From Camelus ferus (lineage: Eukaryota): a stretch of DNA of 64,000 bases. The stretch lies in NCBI RefSeq assembly GCF_009834535.1, contig NC_045707.1, positions 50,470,001 to 50,534,000 of the forward strand, written 5' to 3'. Positions 38,240-50,850 of this stretch are shown in pieces (the stretch's first letter is position 1; each line of letters opens with the position of its first letter). The position numbers were made by a program, and so were the translations under genes. The notes under the pieces were generated by a model, which saw nothing but the letters and a program-made list of their open reading frames with translations, did not search any database and was not told the DNA's origin.

Positions 38240-38740
38240 TCATTAAGTACATGCCATTCCAATTTCGTAAGAAGTACCACAGGGGTAAACTCCAGGTGAA
38301 ATTGCAGCACAGTAGGAAACTGTCCCAAGTCCAGACTTGGGAAAGAGGTGGTCAGGGCAGGCTTCCTGAAGGAGGTAACAAAGTGAGACCTAAGAGATGA
38401 GAATGAACACATAGAAGGCTCACCCTCTTGTCATCATCCACTGACCCTGGGAATAATTGCTAGATACCCACGGTGTCCTACTTCTCTCTGAATGGAAGTG
38501 GAAATCCTCCACTAGAGGCATATGCTGGCCCATGAGATCTGGGCACCTCGTCTCTGGTTCCACCCAGCCCTGTGAGCTTCTTACCCTCACGACTTTTATC
38601 ATTATGTATTACAACATGTTCCTTATGTGTCTTCCCTTCTAGACTGAGAACTCCCTGAGGACCTCTATCACTTTATCCATGAAACCCAACACAGAGTTTG
38701 GTACAAAGATGTGTTAACAAATATTAAATGAATCTTGAAA
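38240..38740. mobile_element. Two L2 fragments in opposite orientations
   Basis: gtcagggcaggcttcctgaaggaggtaaca (-); ctagactgagaactccctgagg...aatattaaatgaat (+). Confidence 0.65.
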
Positions 38741-41620
38741 GAATTGAGGAAAAAAAAAAAAAACAGGCTAGAATGGTCTGGGGGAAAAGATGCATTTTGG
38801 TGAATTGAACATATCCCAAAGGAGAGAAATCTATAAATGTGCAAGAAACAAGTTCAGAAGCAAATTGGACAGAAGATACATTCTAATTCCAACAAAGTCC
38901 TTTCAGGCTCCATTGACCTCTTGCTATTTAATCCATCCAGGAGTGATGCCAGCCTTTAGTAAATTGCTTCAAAATGTTATTGGTTTACAGGTTCTGGGAA
39001 TCAAGACAAGCTTATCCAAAATATAACCCATATTAGACTGAAGTTTGATTATGAGATCTGATTCTTCAGAGGTGATCCAAAAGGTGATGAATTTTCTGTA
39101 TAATATACCATATTTAATTGTATTAAATTGTACTGCTAAATTGATGATTCTTGTAACTGAATTAGAGTCACAGCTACTACATTAAGCAGTTCCTATCATT
39201 CCAGGTCACATAACCCTGACAACTGAAAAGTCAAACAGAATAAAATTTTGCCTTACATTCTAGGTTTGCAAAGAGTGATATAAAATAACTCCAGGGGTTT
39301 GGGACAGGTACTATAAAGACAGCTTATTATTGGGCTCTAGCTTTGAATGGACCTTGGGTTTTCCTTTTAAGTAGAAGTCTGTATTATAGGACAAAGAGCT
39401 TTATCTCTTGTGACGGGAAAGCTAAGAATAACTGCTCTTTATGAGTCATGCAAACACATTCCAAAAAGGGCTTTCTTCTATTAAACATCTGTAACAGTGT
39501 TTCCTGTCCTTTCCCACCACCTCAGCCCAGGTAGAGCTGAGAGGCAAAGGATAATGGGCAGCGGTTATTTTTATTCTATTGAATTTCATAAAGGAACAAA
39601 AAAATAATTCACGAGAACAAATAATATTTCAGTTCTCTGTCTTCAGAGACAAAATGTTGCCAGGAGTGACCTTTGGGAAAAGAAACTGTAGAAGGATTCT
39701 TTTTTCAGCTTGTAGTTGGTGCCAATTTCTCACCAGTGGAGATAATTCTTGTTCTCTGGTTGAGTCCTTATTTCAGCATCTTTTGTGGGGATCACCACTT
39801 GATGTTTGGTGAAGATGTTTTGCTCTAGGTGGTGTTCAGTCTTACCCCCATGACATTCTTTTCTTCATAAATGAATCTGACTTGTATTATCTTAGAAAGT
39901 TGACATTTAGGGCTCAGCATACAATATAGAGACATTTTTAATATATTTAAAAATCAGAAAGGAGCTTTATTTCTTTTAAACAAAATCTTAGATTTACTCA
40001 TTAAAAATTGACCAGAGAGACTACTTCTCAACTTTCTCTTGACTTGGAGAGATTGAGCAGAAAGGTAATAATTTTTTGATGATGTGTTTGTACATAGAAT
40101 TATCCTGCCCTTCAAAAAGGGAGAGAGAAGAGGTTGGCTATAGTGGAGTCGAAATTACTCACTTAATTAAAAAACTGTGGAGGGGTAGGGAAGGGATATC
40201 TGATTTCACACTTCCTACAAGCCATTGTCTTTGCTCATGTTTGACTTTACACACTGCATACCCAGTGGATACAACACTGGGTGGCTATGCTGTTCAGATT
40301 TGCCGTCTATCGCCCTGCTAAAATCTGGAAAGTAAAAAGGAGAGAGCTAGTACCTATGTATGTAGATCATACACTTAAAACATACATTAAAAGGAACCAG
40401 ACTCTAGGCTTTTTCACTAATTCTAGGAAAATCGTAGAAAAAGTAGATTTTCTCACTGCAATGTCTTCTCCATGAAATGGCAATTGTGCAGTATTCTAAG
40501 AGTACCCTCAGAATAGACAGTAAATAATATCTGTTGAATGAATGAGAAACAAATACTGACGCATTTTCAAGCTAGACGTCTATGCTCCCTCATGTCATAA
40601 CCTCAGTGTGAAACAAATACAAACCAGCCTGGCTGGGATATTCTAGTTTCTTATACCAATGTAGCAACACAGCAAATTTCAAGCATCTATTGTATCACAT
40701 AAGTAACAACAGCTGCTTAATGAATCCTCAAATTAGAGATTTATTTTAACATCACAGCACGGTGGAGCTAATGGAGGACAAAATTTACAAAAATAATTAA
40801 ACTGGTGCCAGTTTTTACAAGAAAGAGGAGGGGCCCTGACTAGCAAAGACTTGAAGGGCCAGCAGCTGCAGATGCCACTTTGAAAAGACAGCAATCTTTC
40901 TCACCCTTGAGGAGCCAGCTTATTGTCTGACAGTTGCCCTTTTTCGAATGAAAACCCTCTTAGGCCTGGAAAGTGTGCCAAACATGGGAAGGACCCTTCT
41001 GGTTATACCGGTTACTGTGATTTTCTAACTGGTTCCAGTTTTCTTTGTTGTGTTCCTGTGCTGCAAAGCAACAGAAGGAATGGGACAATGCCTGCAAGGC
41101 TTTTAAATTTTTTTCTCTGAATTTATTTCTGTGGCCATCTGCATCAAAGTAACTTTTTTCTTCTTTAATTTTACACTCACTTCTCATGTCTTCAATTCAC
41201 ATAAACAATTTACAAGAACTGTTGAATGTCTCTTGTTTTTCACCTCTCCCTAGCTGCCCCAGACTTCTCAACTAAATACACCTTCTTTTTGAATTCTGTG
41301 TTCTTTTTACTTATTCGTGTGCTGCCTCATTTTTTCCTCATCTTTAGGTCCAGCAGAGAGAATAGGAGTAATTTTTGCAAATTATAGAATCATTAAATTA
41401 TTTTTAGGCACAGTTAAGCTAGATAATTTCCAGAATTATAAAAGTTGGTTGAAAATTGAATTTTTTTAATTCCTTTCACCCCATGGGTTCCCATTATAAA
41501 CTTGGGAAAATGCTGCTTTTGGAGAAAATAATCAGTTCTAAAAGATAAGTTTTAAAGGTCACAAAATAAGTAATTTAAAAACCAGAGGTGTGCAATTTTC
41601 CATTGTCAGGGTGGGTATTA

Positions 41621-41911
41621 CATTTGGCCCTCTACATCTGTGGGTTCTGAAAATATTCAGAAAAAAAAATTTCAGAAAGTTCCCCAAAGCAAAACTTGAA
41701 TTGGCTGCGTTCCAGCAACTATTTACATACTGTTCACATTGTATTGGGTATTGTAAATAATCTAGAGATGATTTCAAGTATACATAGGTTATACGCAAAT
41801 ATTATACAATTTTATGTAAGAGACTTGAGCATCTTGGATTTTGGTATCCGAAAGTTTTGGGAAGGGAGGAGGTCATAGAACCAATTGCCTCTGGATAGCA
41901 AGGGAGGACTA
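41621..41911 (-). mobile_element. MER2B-like Tigger MITE
   Basis: TA-flanked; aagcaaaacttgaatt...taatctagagatgattt...gacttgagcatcttggattttggtatcc. Confidence 0.85.
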
Positions 41912-42339
41912 TACTTTGGAAATTTTTACTGACATATTAATCTAGTCTGCTACTTTAAGTACTTTGCTAAACCAACTACTTGTTTCCTTCTTTAGTAACT
42001 GGAAGAGACGGAATTCAAATGCAAACACTTTTCTAGACCCCAGGGAGGTTACAAATTTATGAAGGATTATTTTTCCCTCCTGGCTTTTGTGACCATTACC
42101 ATCTTAGGCTGGCCATTACATTAATCTGTGCAGTCCTGCAGTACATGCCTTGCCTAAAGGGTGAGCTAGATAATGAGGTCTGGGTGCAGAATATACCCCT
42201 CTATCACCTTCATCAAATTATTATCACCTCTGTGCAACAGCTATTTATTGAACATTGACTGAATTCTTCTAAGGCCCTAGATTAATATGTGAAAGGGTCC
42301 CTTATCTTCAACAACTGTCCATGCTAAACCATGATAAGC

Positions 42340-43030
42340 ACTTACATTGGTTTCATTCACAAGTAACAGAAAAATGCAAAGTAGCTTACACTGGAAATAA
42401 ATGTTTTGATAAATGAATTAAAAACACAAGGGCAGGGCTGGCATCAGTCATGGCTGGTTATGGATTTAGGGGCTCAAACAGTGTCAGGTTTGTTGGATTA
42501 GCTCTGCTCCCCCCTACGGGTTAACTTCCTTCCCAGACTGATATGACGGAAAGATGGGTCCAGAAACTCTCCATATCACATCCTCTTGGGTGGGAAAGAG
42601 ACAATATCTCTTATTAATAATTCCTACAAAAATCTGGGAACTCCTTCCAATGGAAACAACTTCACAAAGTCCCTTTTGTACACTGAACAAGGAGACCAAA
42701 GTAGTGGGATTATGTTGACTGGAGAGGCTGGGTCACATGACCTAGGAAGGGGATTCAGTGCTCTGATTTGGTCAGACCTGGGTCATATGCCCAGAATGAG
42801 GGCTGAGTGATCTGATTAGCCAGGCCTAAAACACTTGCTCAGAAAGTGAATTCAGTATTGGTTAACCAGGCCTGGTTAACATTCTTAGGAAGGAAATTCG
42901 GTGCTTGGATTGGCCAGACCTGAGTTACATGTTTCACCTCTGAAGTCAAGGGTAGAGACCAACCTCCAAAACTGAGCATTGAGGAAAGTTAACCCCCAAA
43001 GGAAATTCATGGTACTTATCAGAAGAGAGA
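42340..43030 (-). mobile_element. Old MLT1 (K/L-like) LTR with internal repeated motif
   Basis: aagtaacagaaaaatgcaaagtagctta; repeated tctgattggccagacctgggtcacatg-like units. Confidence 0.55.
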
Positions 43031-43074
43031 AGGATGAATAAAATATACACTTACAGTATTATACTGGGTATTTA

Positions 43075-43320
43075 AAAGGCATGTTTGAGTACTTGCTATG
43101 TTCTGGACCTAGTGATAAGCACTTAAATGCTTTACCTCATTTAATTTGTTTCTCTCATAAACTCTATGAGGTGGTTACAACTACTATCTACATTTTATAT
43201 TTAAGGTCAAAGTTTCAGAAATTGAGTAGTCTGCTTTAGGTCACACAGTTACAAGGAGGTGGAGCCAGGATTTGAGCTGTAATGTCTGATTCTGGAACCT
43301 GCTCTCTGAAGTAGTATGAT
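43075..43320 (-). mobile_element. MIR SINE
   Basis: tttgagtacttgctatg...ctcatttaat...ggtcacacag...ggagccaggatttgag. Confidence 0.75.
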
Positions 43321-44509
43321 ACGCCATTGCTCAAAATAACCATAACAACAACCACAAAAGCTAATTCTCGCTAGGTACTTACTATGCAAAGGGCTTTATG
43401 TGGATGATGAGCAAAGTGCATAATCCATATAGAGCATAGCAGTTTAGCTTCCTAGAAAGGCTTTACACAGATACAGAAGTAAACACAAGAGCTGAGACTC
43501 CCCTTGGAGTGAAGTAAGGCTAGAAACATAGTTTGCGGTGGTGGTGCAGTGCTTGGCCTTGGGAAGCTGTTTTCAGTAGCAGAAGGATATAAGCCTCTTT
43601 GTAGGCTGAAAAGAGGCCAGGAGAGGTAGCAATTGATAATGCAAAGGAAAATAGGGGAGTTATGCAGCAATCTCAGAAGTGGGAGGGAATGGGACTCAGA
43701 GCTTTGATGGAGGTTTCAGCCTTGGATAAGAGGGACACCTTTTCCTCAAAGATAGAAGGAAAGAAAGGAAGAATGGGACAGGGAATTGATAGCTTCTTTG
43801 TAAAAGAAAACACATCTCTTTACATTTGTGTTAAGGCTGTCCAACACTTTATGTGGAATAGATGAAATTACACATTTAATTCTGCTTTTATTCCATCTTC
43901 CTCAACATCAAGACGCTTTTGACAACACCAAATCATCAGACTTCTACGCACTTCAAAGCATTTAGCATTTTAAAGACATTTATTATGTTCCATTATGGAA
44001 TTCCTGTCTAATTTGGTTGCTTGATTATTTATCAACTTTGATTAGGTATGTTAAAGGTGATTTCTCTTTGAAATTCTGATATTTTTATATTATATTATTT
44101 TATTTTATTGTGAATGTCCACAAGGACCAGTTTCACAATTTCTCACAGCATAATGTATAACTTGTTATTCACAGAACTTATATACATAAATTAACATAAA
44201 ATGGGCAAATAGTATGTTTCCAAGAAAGAGATAGACTAAGTTAACTAATTTGATACAGCTTGCGATGTAGAAAAATTGGCAGCTGGAAGTGACAACCCAT
44301 TACTTTATAATTAATTGACTTAGATTTTTAAAAAATTAATTAGTTAAGAAGTACAGCTGGGCACAAGAAGGCTTTGGTACTCCCATCAGAAATCAAGGTC
44401 AGACAAGTGATTATGGCTATTCCACCTTTCAACTGCCTGCTCAGCAGTAATTCAACCAGTTATTGCTAAAATGCTCCCTAACCATTGGTCTGTGGACATT
44501 TTTTAAAAA

Positions 44510-45413
44510 TACATATCACATTGCTTACCATACGCCAGGCCCTATGATGAGCCACTTATATACTTTATTTTTCCTCACAGGATCTCTATGAATTAAGTGT
44601 CCAAAGAGGTGGCATAGTATAATGATGAAAGGCTAAGATTCAAAAACCTGACCTCCTACATTTAGACTCCAGCCTTGCTATTAATTGCTGTGTGACTTTG
44701 GACAAATTACTGAACCTCTCTGTCTCTCAGTTTCCTTGTCTATAAGATGGTGATAATAGTATCTTCCTTATAAGCGAATATAGATTAAATTAGTTAAATA
44801 CAAAATGTTTAAAATAAAATAAGACTGTAACATAGTTATAATTACTTTTTCTCATCACCCCCTGCCAATAATAACATTTTTGAGCACTCACCCTCTTCTA
44901 AATATTTTACATATGTTAACTAACTTAATCCTCCCTAAGAATCCCATGAGGTAGACATGACATAAATCAAATAAATTCCCATTTTACAGATAAGGGAACC
45001 GAAGCACAGTGAAGACTGATAACTTGCCTAACATCACTAATTACTAGTAGAAGAACAACCAGGATGTATAGGCATACTTTAGAGATATTGCAGGTTCAGT
45101 TCCAGACCACAGCGATAAAGCGAGTATCGCAATAAAATGAGGCACACAAATCTTTTGGTTTCCTGTTGCATATAAAAGTTATGTTACAGTGTACTGTAGA
45201 TTGTTAAGTGTGTAATAGCATGTCTCCAATTACATGCCTTAAATTATACCCTGTTGGAAAAAATGGTATGAATAGACTTGATCAACACAGGGTTGCCACA
45301 AATCAATGTATAAAGAAAGTAGTATCTGCAAAGCACAATAAAGTGAAGCACAATAAAATGAGGTATGCCTGTCCTTTCAGAAAGACTAGCTTCAAAGCTT
45401 GTGCTTTTAACTA
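44510..45413. mobile_element. Cluster of three MIR pieces (-,+,-)
   Basis: gctgtgtgactttggacaaattactgaacctctctgtctctcagtttcc (+); cccattttacagataagggaaccgaagcacag (-). Confidence 0.75.
45069..45371 (+). mobile_element. Tigger1 internal-deletion derivative
   Basis: TIRs (t)aggcatac...gaggtatgcctg; gagatattgcaggttcagttccagaccac. Confidence 0.85.
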
Positions 45414-45596
45414 CAGTTAAATCCAGTTAATCCACATCCACGGATTCAACCAATCACTGATGGAATTTCTGCAGAACCCATGGATAAGGAGAGCAGACTG
45501 TACTAGGCCATTTTTATAGAAGACTTGACCATGTGTGCATTTTGGTATCCACTGGGGTTCTGGAACTAATCCCCCATGGACACGGAGGGACGACTG
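45414..45596. mobile_element. MER2/MER8-like Tigger MITE
   Basis: TA|cagt...ggattcaaccaatc...tttggtatccactggggttctggaactaatcccccatggacacggagggacgactg|TA. Confidence 0.75.
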
Positions 45597-45729
45597 TACT
45601 CTACCATGGCTGTCACATTCTTCCAGCATTGTCTGTAACTCCAGACATACAAAGGGAAAGGCACTCCCCAGAAGGAGTAGAGGCTCTTTTATGACTTTAT
45701 CACATGAACCCTTGGCTCTGCTTCCCTTG

Positions 45730-46410
45730 CCCATGTGTTGCACACCTATTCAGCCTCACACATTCAACAGCGACAAAATCACCTCATCTGAGAAGCCTTC
45801 CTTAATGTTCACATAATGGAGTTTTGTATGTCTTTTGGCACCACAGAATCCTATGCTTACACCATTTATAACATTCTTATGTCAGTCTGTTAGTGAAATA
45901 GTCAATAAACATTTATGAATTCATCAATGACTTACTGTTGACGTTTCCTTCCTCAAGGAGCTTACGTCCTAGTGGAGGGTGATAGATTTTGAATCTGTGG
46001 GAAAACAAAAAGTTAAGATCATTTCAGATCTTGAAAATAGAATTTTGGGGAAGATAACAATGGTTGAGTATAGAGAGAGACTAGGTGTGCTGTTTCAACA
46101 AGGTGGTTGGAGATGAGATGTGAATAATAGGAAGTAGCCAGGCATGTAGAGGTAAGTGTGGAGAGCATTTCAAACAGGAGGACCAATAAGTCAAAAGCCC
46201 CTTCATGGGATCCAGTTTGCCCCATGTGAAGGACAAAAAGAAATAATGTGCAACTAAGAATAATGTTAGTGTATATATTCCATTATTTATTTACATGTTT
46301 GTCTTCCTACCTAACTGTGAATTCTTTAGGGTTAGACCTATGTCCCATTCTTCTTTGAAGCCCTAATGTTTAGCATATTTCCTGAACAATGGTCTTTTTC
46401 GCTGAATAAA
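45730..46410. mobile_element. L2 fragments (both orientations)
   Basis: tcacctcatctgagaagccttcc (+); cctcaaggagcttacgtcctagtggag...gagagcatttcaaacagg (-); actgtgaattctttaggg (+). Confidence 0.65.
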
Positions 46411-47639
46411 TAGTTGACACAAGTGAACTGTTATTTAAGACATTTTGCTTCACTTTTCTTTTCTCTTCCTCCTACCTTTTCCATACATGTTACTCTTCTG
46501 AAATGACTTCCATGATTCTTTTTTTTTCTTTAGTACCTCTCCACGTGTCTGGTTTGGTTTTGTTTTGTTTTGTTTTGTTTTTTGGGCCTACCCTCACCCA
46601 CATCTGTTTCTCCTATCCCTTGATCCCCTTTGTTGCCCCAGGAAATTCTACCCTAAACTGTAGGGGTCTAGCAGTAGGTAGGGTCTTTGGATAGTGGATA
46701 AAGACTGTCACACACATCTCATCTCGCTTTACTCTGAACCCTCTTTCATAGACCCTAAAGAAATTCTAACATTTTGGGGTCAACACCAAAGATGAAAACA
46801 TAACCCAGTCCTGAGATCCTTTTTTTGGCAAATGAATGCAAGCTAGTTTTCTTTTAAGCCATTGTTCTGGATGCTGGCTTTGGAAGAGGGGAGGATAAGG
46901 TGAGACACCTTGGTGTTTCCTGCTTACCTGGGGAGAAGTTTTATTGCTTGATTGCTCTTAGAGACCGAGGTTAAAGAAGTTTTAAAAGGGAAAAAGGAGA
47001 AACCAATTTTAATAGTTAACTATAAAGGATTCCTAGAGTTCCTTTTCTTCCATCTGATAGAGAAAAGAAGCAACTCCTGTGCCTTTGTCTCGAAAGGCAG
47101 CTTTCTTCTACTCCCCAGGAGTTTACACTGCTATTCAGGAGGAAAAGATAACCCAGGATAAACTCAATCCTCCCCTGGGGCCTTAAAAGCCATCTCTTTA
47201 GTTGCTAATCAGTTGAACCCACAAATCTAAGATATATAGATTTTAATCAGATCCCCTCCCACTTTTTTTTCTTGTCTTTCAGGGAATGAGTTTTACCTAC
47301 AAAGAGTTTGGAAACCATTTTGACAGTATAAGAGATCTTGTCTGTGATCCTCCTCAAGATGCAAGCTAAGATGACCTAATTCCTCTCCCCTTCCTCCCAG
47401 GCACTGTGTGGATTTCCGTATGGCCACTTTCATCCAACACAATGCAGCCCCATAACCTTTTGTTGTGAAAGAAAACCTGGTTCTTTTTAAAAGCTATTTT
47501 TTAGTGTTTGCTTTAGCAACTAGTTGTAAAACACCTGTAATACTTTCAGTTATTCTAAGACATTATAAAAATGATTTCGGTGTACAAATGTCTTAAATAG
47601 TAGGATGTTTTCTAGGAATCTAAAGATAGAAAAGCAGTA

Positions 47640-47870
47640 ACATACAGATTCTACTCTTGGGCCCTGGAGTCAGATTGCCTGGGTCAAATACCTGCACTAA
47701 CACTTACAGCAATGCCATCTTCGGAAAGTTATATAATGCCTCTGTGGCTCAGTTTTTTTCATACTTGAATCAGAATAATAGTCCCATGTTATAGGGTTTG
47801 GAGGAGGAGCAAATGAGATAATGCAGATGAAGCACTGAGCATAGTGTCAAAATCAATATAAACACTCAAT
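47640..47870 (+). mobile_element. MIR SINE
   Basis: ccctggagtcagattgcctgggtcaaat...tctgtggctcagttt...aaatgagataatgca. Confidence 0.8.
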
Positions 47871-48494
47871 AGAAGTGGTGATGATTTTGGCCATTGGAAT
47901 AAAGAAGTAGAAAAGGATGAGTTGGCTCTGAATTGGAGTGCATGAATCCTGGTGTTCGTAGTCACTCATCCTCAGCTGGGATGTCCTTACCTGCACTACT
48001 GGCTTCTGTACCCACCACAGCTATTCAGATAGGGGGTCATAGAAATTCTAACTTGGAGAGATGAGGCATAGATCCTCTTTTTGCCAATGCCACCACAACA
48101 AAGAATTAAAAAAAAAAATCCTCAGAATTTCAAGGAGTATTAAGGGAAAATAAGAAAGAAACTGTCAAATCCAATCCAATTGAAAAAAATGTCTACTCTG
48201 TGTCTAACATGTGTGAAGCTTTCTTGGGAGATCTGAGAAAAAAGAGAAGACCTACTCATTCCCCTCAACATTACAATATGGGAGTAGAAGTTTAGAGAAA
48301 AAAAAAAAGCCCCCTGTTTGCAAATGGATATATATTTTATTGAGGAGAAAGGGCAACTTATTCTTACGTTCCTTAAAACACCCATTGTGATATAAAAAGC
48401 AGGCATGATGCTCACAAACGTTTACTGTAGGGTCAGAGGAAGTATGCAATTTTTAATGTGCAGGAAAAAGCACATGGCCTCACATCCAGGCAAT

Positions 48495-48745
48495 GGGATA
48501 ATTAGAGAGAAGCAGTTAAGAGCACAGACTCTGGGAATAGGATGCCTCAATGTGAGAATGGACTGCCCTGCTTACTGGCTGTCTGACCTCGGACGATTTA
48601 CTTTAACCTCTCTGTGTGCTTTACTTTTCTCATGTCTCAAGTGGGAATGAGAATAGTCCTCCCCCATCGAGCTATCAGCATTAAAAGAGAAAACACACAT
48701 GAGCATTAGCTCACAGGAGAAACTCAGGAGCTCAATGAATGGCAG
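48495..48745 (+). mobile_element. MIR SINE
   Basis: gttaagagcacagactctgg...taacctctctgtgtgc...ctcaatgaatggcag. Confidence 0.75.
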
Positions 48746-49074
48746 TTTTGATTATTATTAGCAAAGATTACTTTCAATTTCATTGGCTCCTTCTTTGTAA
48801 AAATTCATTTCATTTCGATCTAAGAACAGTTTTGTCAGTTCAGTCCTCACCAAACCACTTTTAGGTGCTAAGTTGCCCATTGAGACATAAGAGTTAAGGC
48901 ATGTATTTGGAAGCGGCTCTTGAAGTTTTTCAATTGAAATCAATTTGGGGTTTTTTGGTTTTGGAAGCAGAAGTGGATTTGGAAATTTGACTGGTTTTTC
49001 AAATGGACGTCAGTACTGATGTCCTCACTCCACACATGAGTGGCTATAAGGAAATCAGAGGTCAGAAGTTATGT

Positions 49075-49290
49075 CGGCTGGTTAAAGCAGATAACCAGGC
49101 ATCATAAACTGAGAGATCATTTCTGCCTCTGCCACTGGCCAGCTGGGCAAGTCACCTCATCTCACTAAACCTGTTTTTTCTAGCTTCAAAATGAGGATAA
49201 TAGGACTCTTCTACCCACACAGGGATGTTGAGCAGCTTAGTTAATTGATGTTTGCATTATGCTAGAAGATAAAAGGCACTATGGAAATAT
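49075..49290 (+). mobile_element. MIR/MIR3 SINE
   Basis: ctctgccactggccagctgggcaagtcacctcatctc...aaaatgaggataatag. Confidence 0.65.
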
Positions 49291-49660
49291 AAAGTATATT
49301 AAGGAGGAACAAAGTAAGGTATTCAAAGTGACTGAGGATGCAATGGAACTAACAGATTGGGCAACAGAACCTGGAAGATAATATTAAGTTGGTGTAACAC
49401 TAAGTCATAATATTGATACTAGGGTTTTGAAGAGCTCATTCAAAAGAATATTTTTGGATATGCAATAATTTCTGAGTACTGCAATACTTTCCTTCTTTTC
49501 CAAATAAATGCTGACCTTAAAAATGGGCGATGCCTACCTCAATTAAGGTTAAGTCTTTTCTACACTCTTCAATGAATTAATGCGACCTTTCTCATACTAA
49601 CCGTTGGTGTTGAGAGTGTCACTCTAAAGATACTTATTTTGTTTTTATAGTGTTTGTTCT

Positions 49661-49673
49661 AGGTCAAAGGTCA
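49661..49673 (+). promoter_or_regulatory. Perfect DR1 nuclear-receptor element AGGTCAAAGGTCA (candidate)
   Basis: Exact consensus seen directly, next to TGTTTGT (49651-49657); function not shown. Confidence 0.4.
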
Positions 49674-50635
49674 GAGACTGTCTGTCCAAGAAAATTAGCT
49701 AGATAAAAATTTTTAAATACATATTAAAAAGTCAACATTTTTCATTCCCAAATTCCATTCAGAAACCAGTTAGACCTTTTTTCCTGCTCATGACAATAAA
49801 AGCTGACTTGATTAAAGTGACTTTTTTTTTTCTTTTCTGTTACTAGTTCTGTTCTCTTCCTATTCCTGAGCCATCTGGTTTGACAGCCCTAAGAGCTGAA
49901 ATACTTTCCTTTGCAGTTTTTAGAAATGCCCCCCAGAGGCAAATAAGTGTTTGGCAGAACCAGTAAATATAAAGTATAAGAGGATATTTCCTGCCTGTTC
50001 TTTTTAAGGTAACGTGTGGAAGAGTCAGGGTAAGGGATAAGAACTGCTGTCTACCTGGCAGATTTATAGAGACATTTCAGGGGGTGGGGAGATATATTTG
50101 CAAGGCCCAAAGGAATTTTGTCTCATTTCCATTCTACAGTAAATAATGTAATAAATAGCACCCTGGTATTCAACTGTGTGTCAGTGACCTTGGATAATTT
50201 TCAGATTTTGCAGAGATCACCCTTCACACTAAAATACATATGTCAGCGCTGACTTTACCCACTCCATCCATCTTTCTCCTACCTTTACCATACCAATGTC
50301 CTTTACTGACAAAAGACATCCTAAAAGATGAGACTTTTGAGAGGCTGTGGGCTGAGGTCTGAGAAACAAACACAAAACACCCCACCCACTCAAAAATGTA
50401 GCTTTAGAACTGAACCTTGCTAATAAATGGAAACTATTTTCATTACTTAAAAAAAAAAATGTAGCTTTAGTTGACTTGGGAGCAGGGGTGTCTTGCTCCA
50501 TAATCATAAAGTAGCATTTATGACATTTTATAGTTTATACATTATTGTATTTTGTATATTATATATTGACCATATCTCATTAATCTTTTCCATAAATAGC
50601 ATTACACAGATCAGAATAAAATCAGAGATTAACTA

Positions 50636-50850
50636 CTAAATTAGGAGTTTGGAATTAGCAGATACGCAGTACTGTATATAAAATAGATAAACCATAAGGA
50701 CCTACTATATAGCATAGGGAACTATATTAAATTTCCTGTAACAAGCTATAATGGAAAAGAATCTGAAAAAATATATATATATATAACTGAACTGCTTTGT
50801 TGTACACCTGAAACTAACATTATAAATCAACTACACTTCTATTAAAAGAA
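50636..50850 (+). mobile_element. L1_Art-type 3' end (5'-truncated)
   Basis: aattaggagtttggaattagcagatac...ggacctactatatagcatagggaactatatt...tgtacacctgaaactaac...aaatcaactacacttc; TSD-like aaaatcagagatta / aaaagagagatta. Confidence 0.85.
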
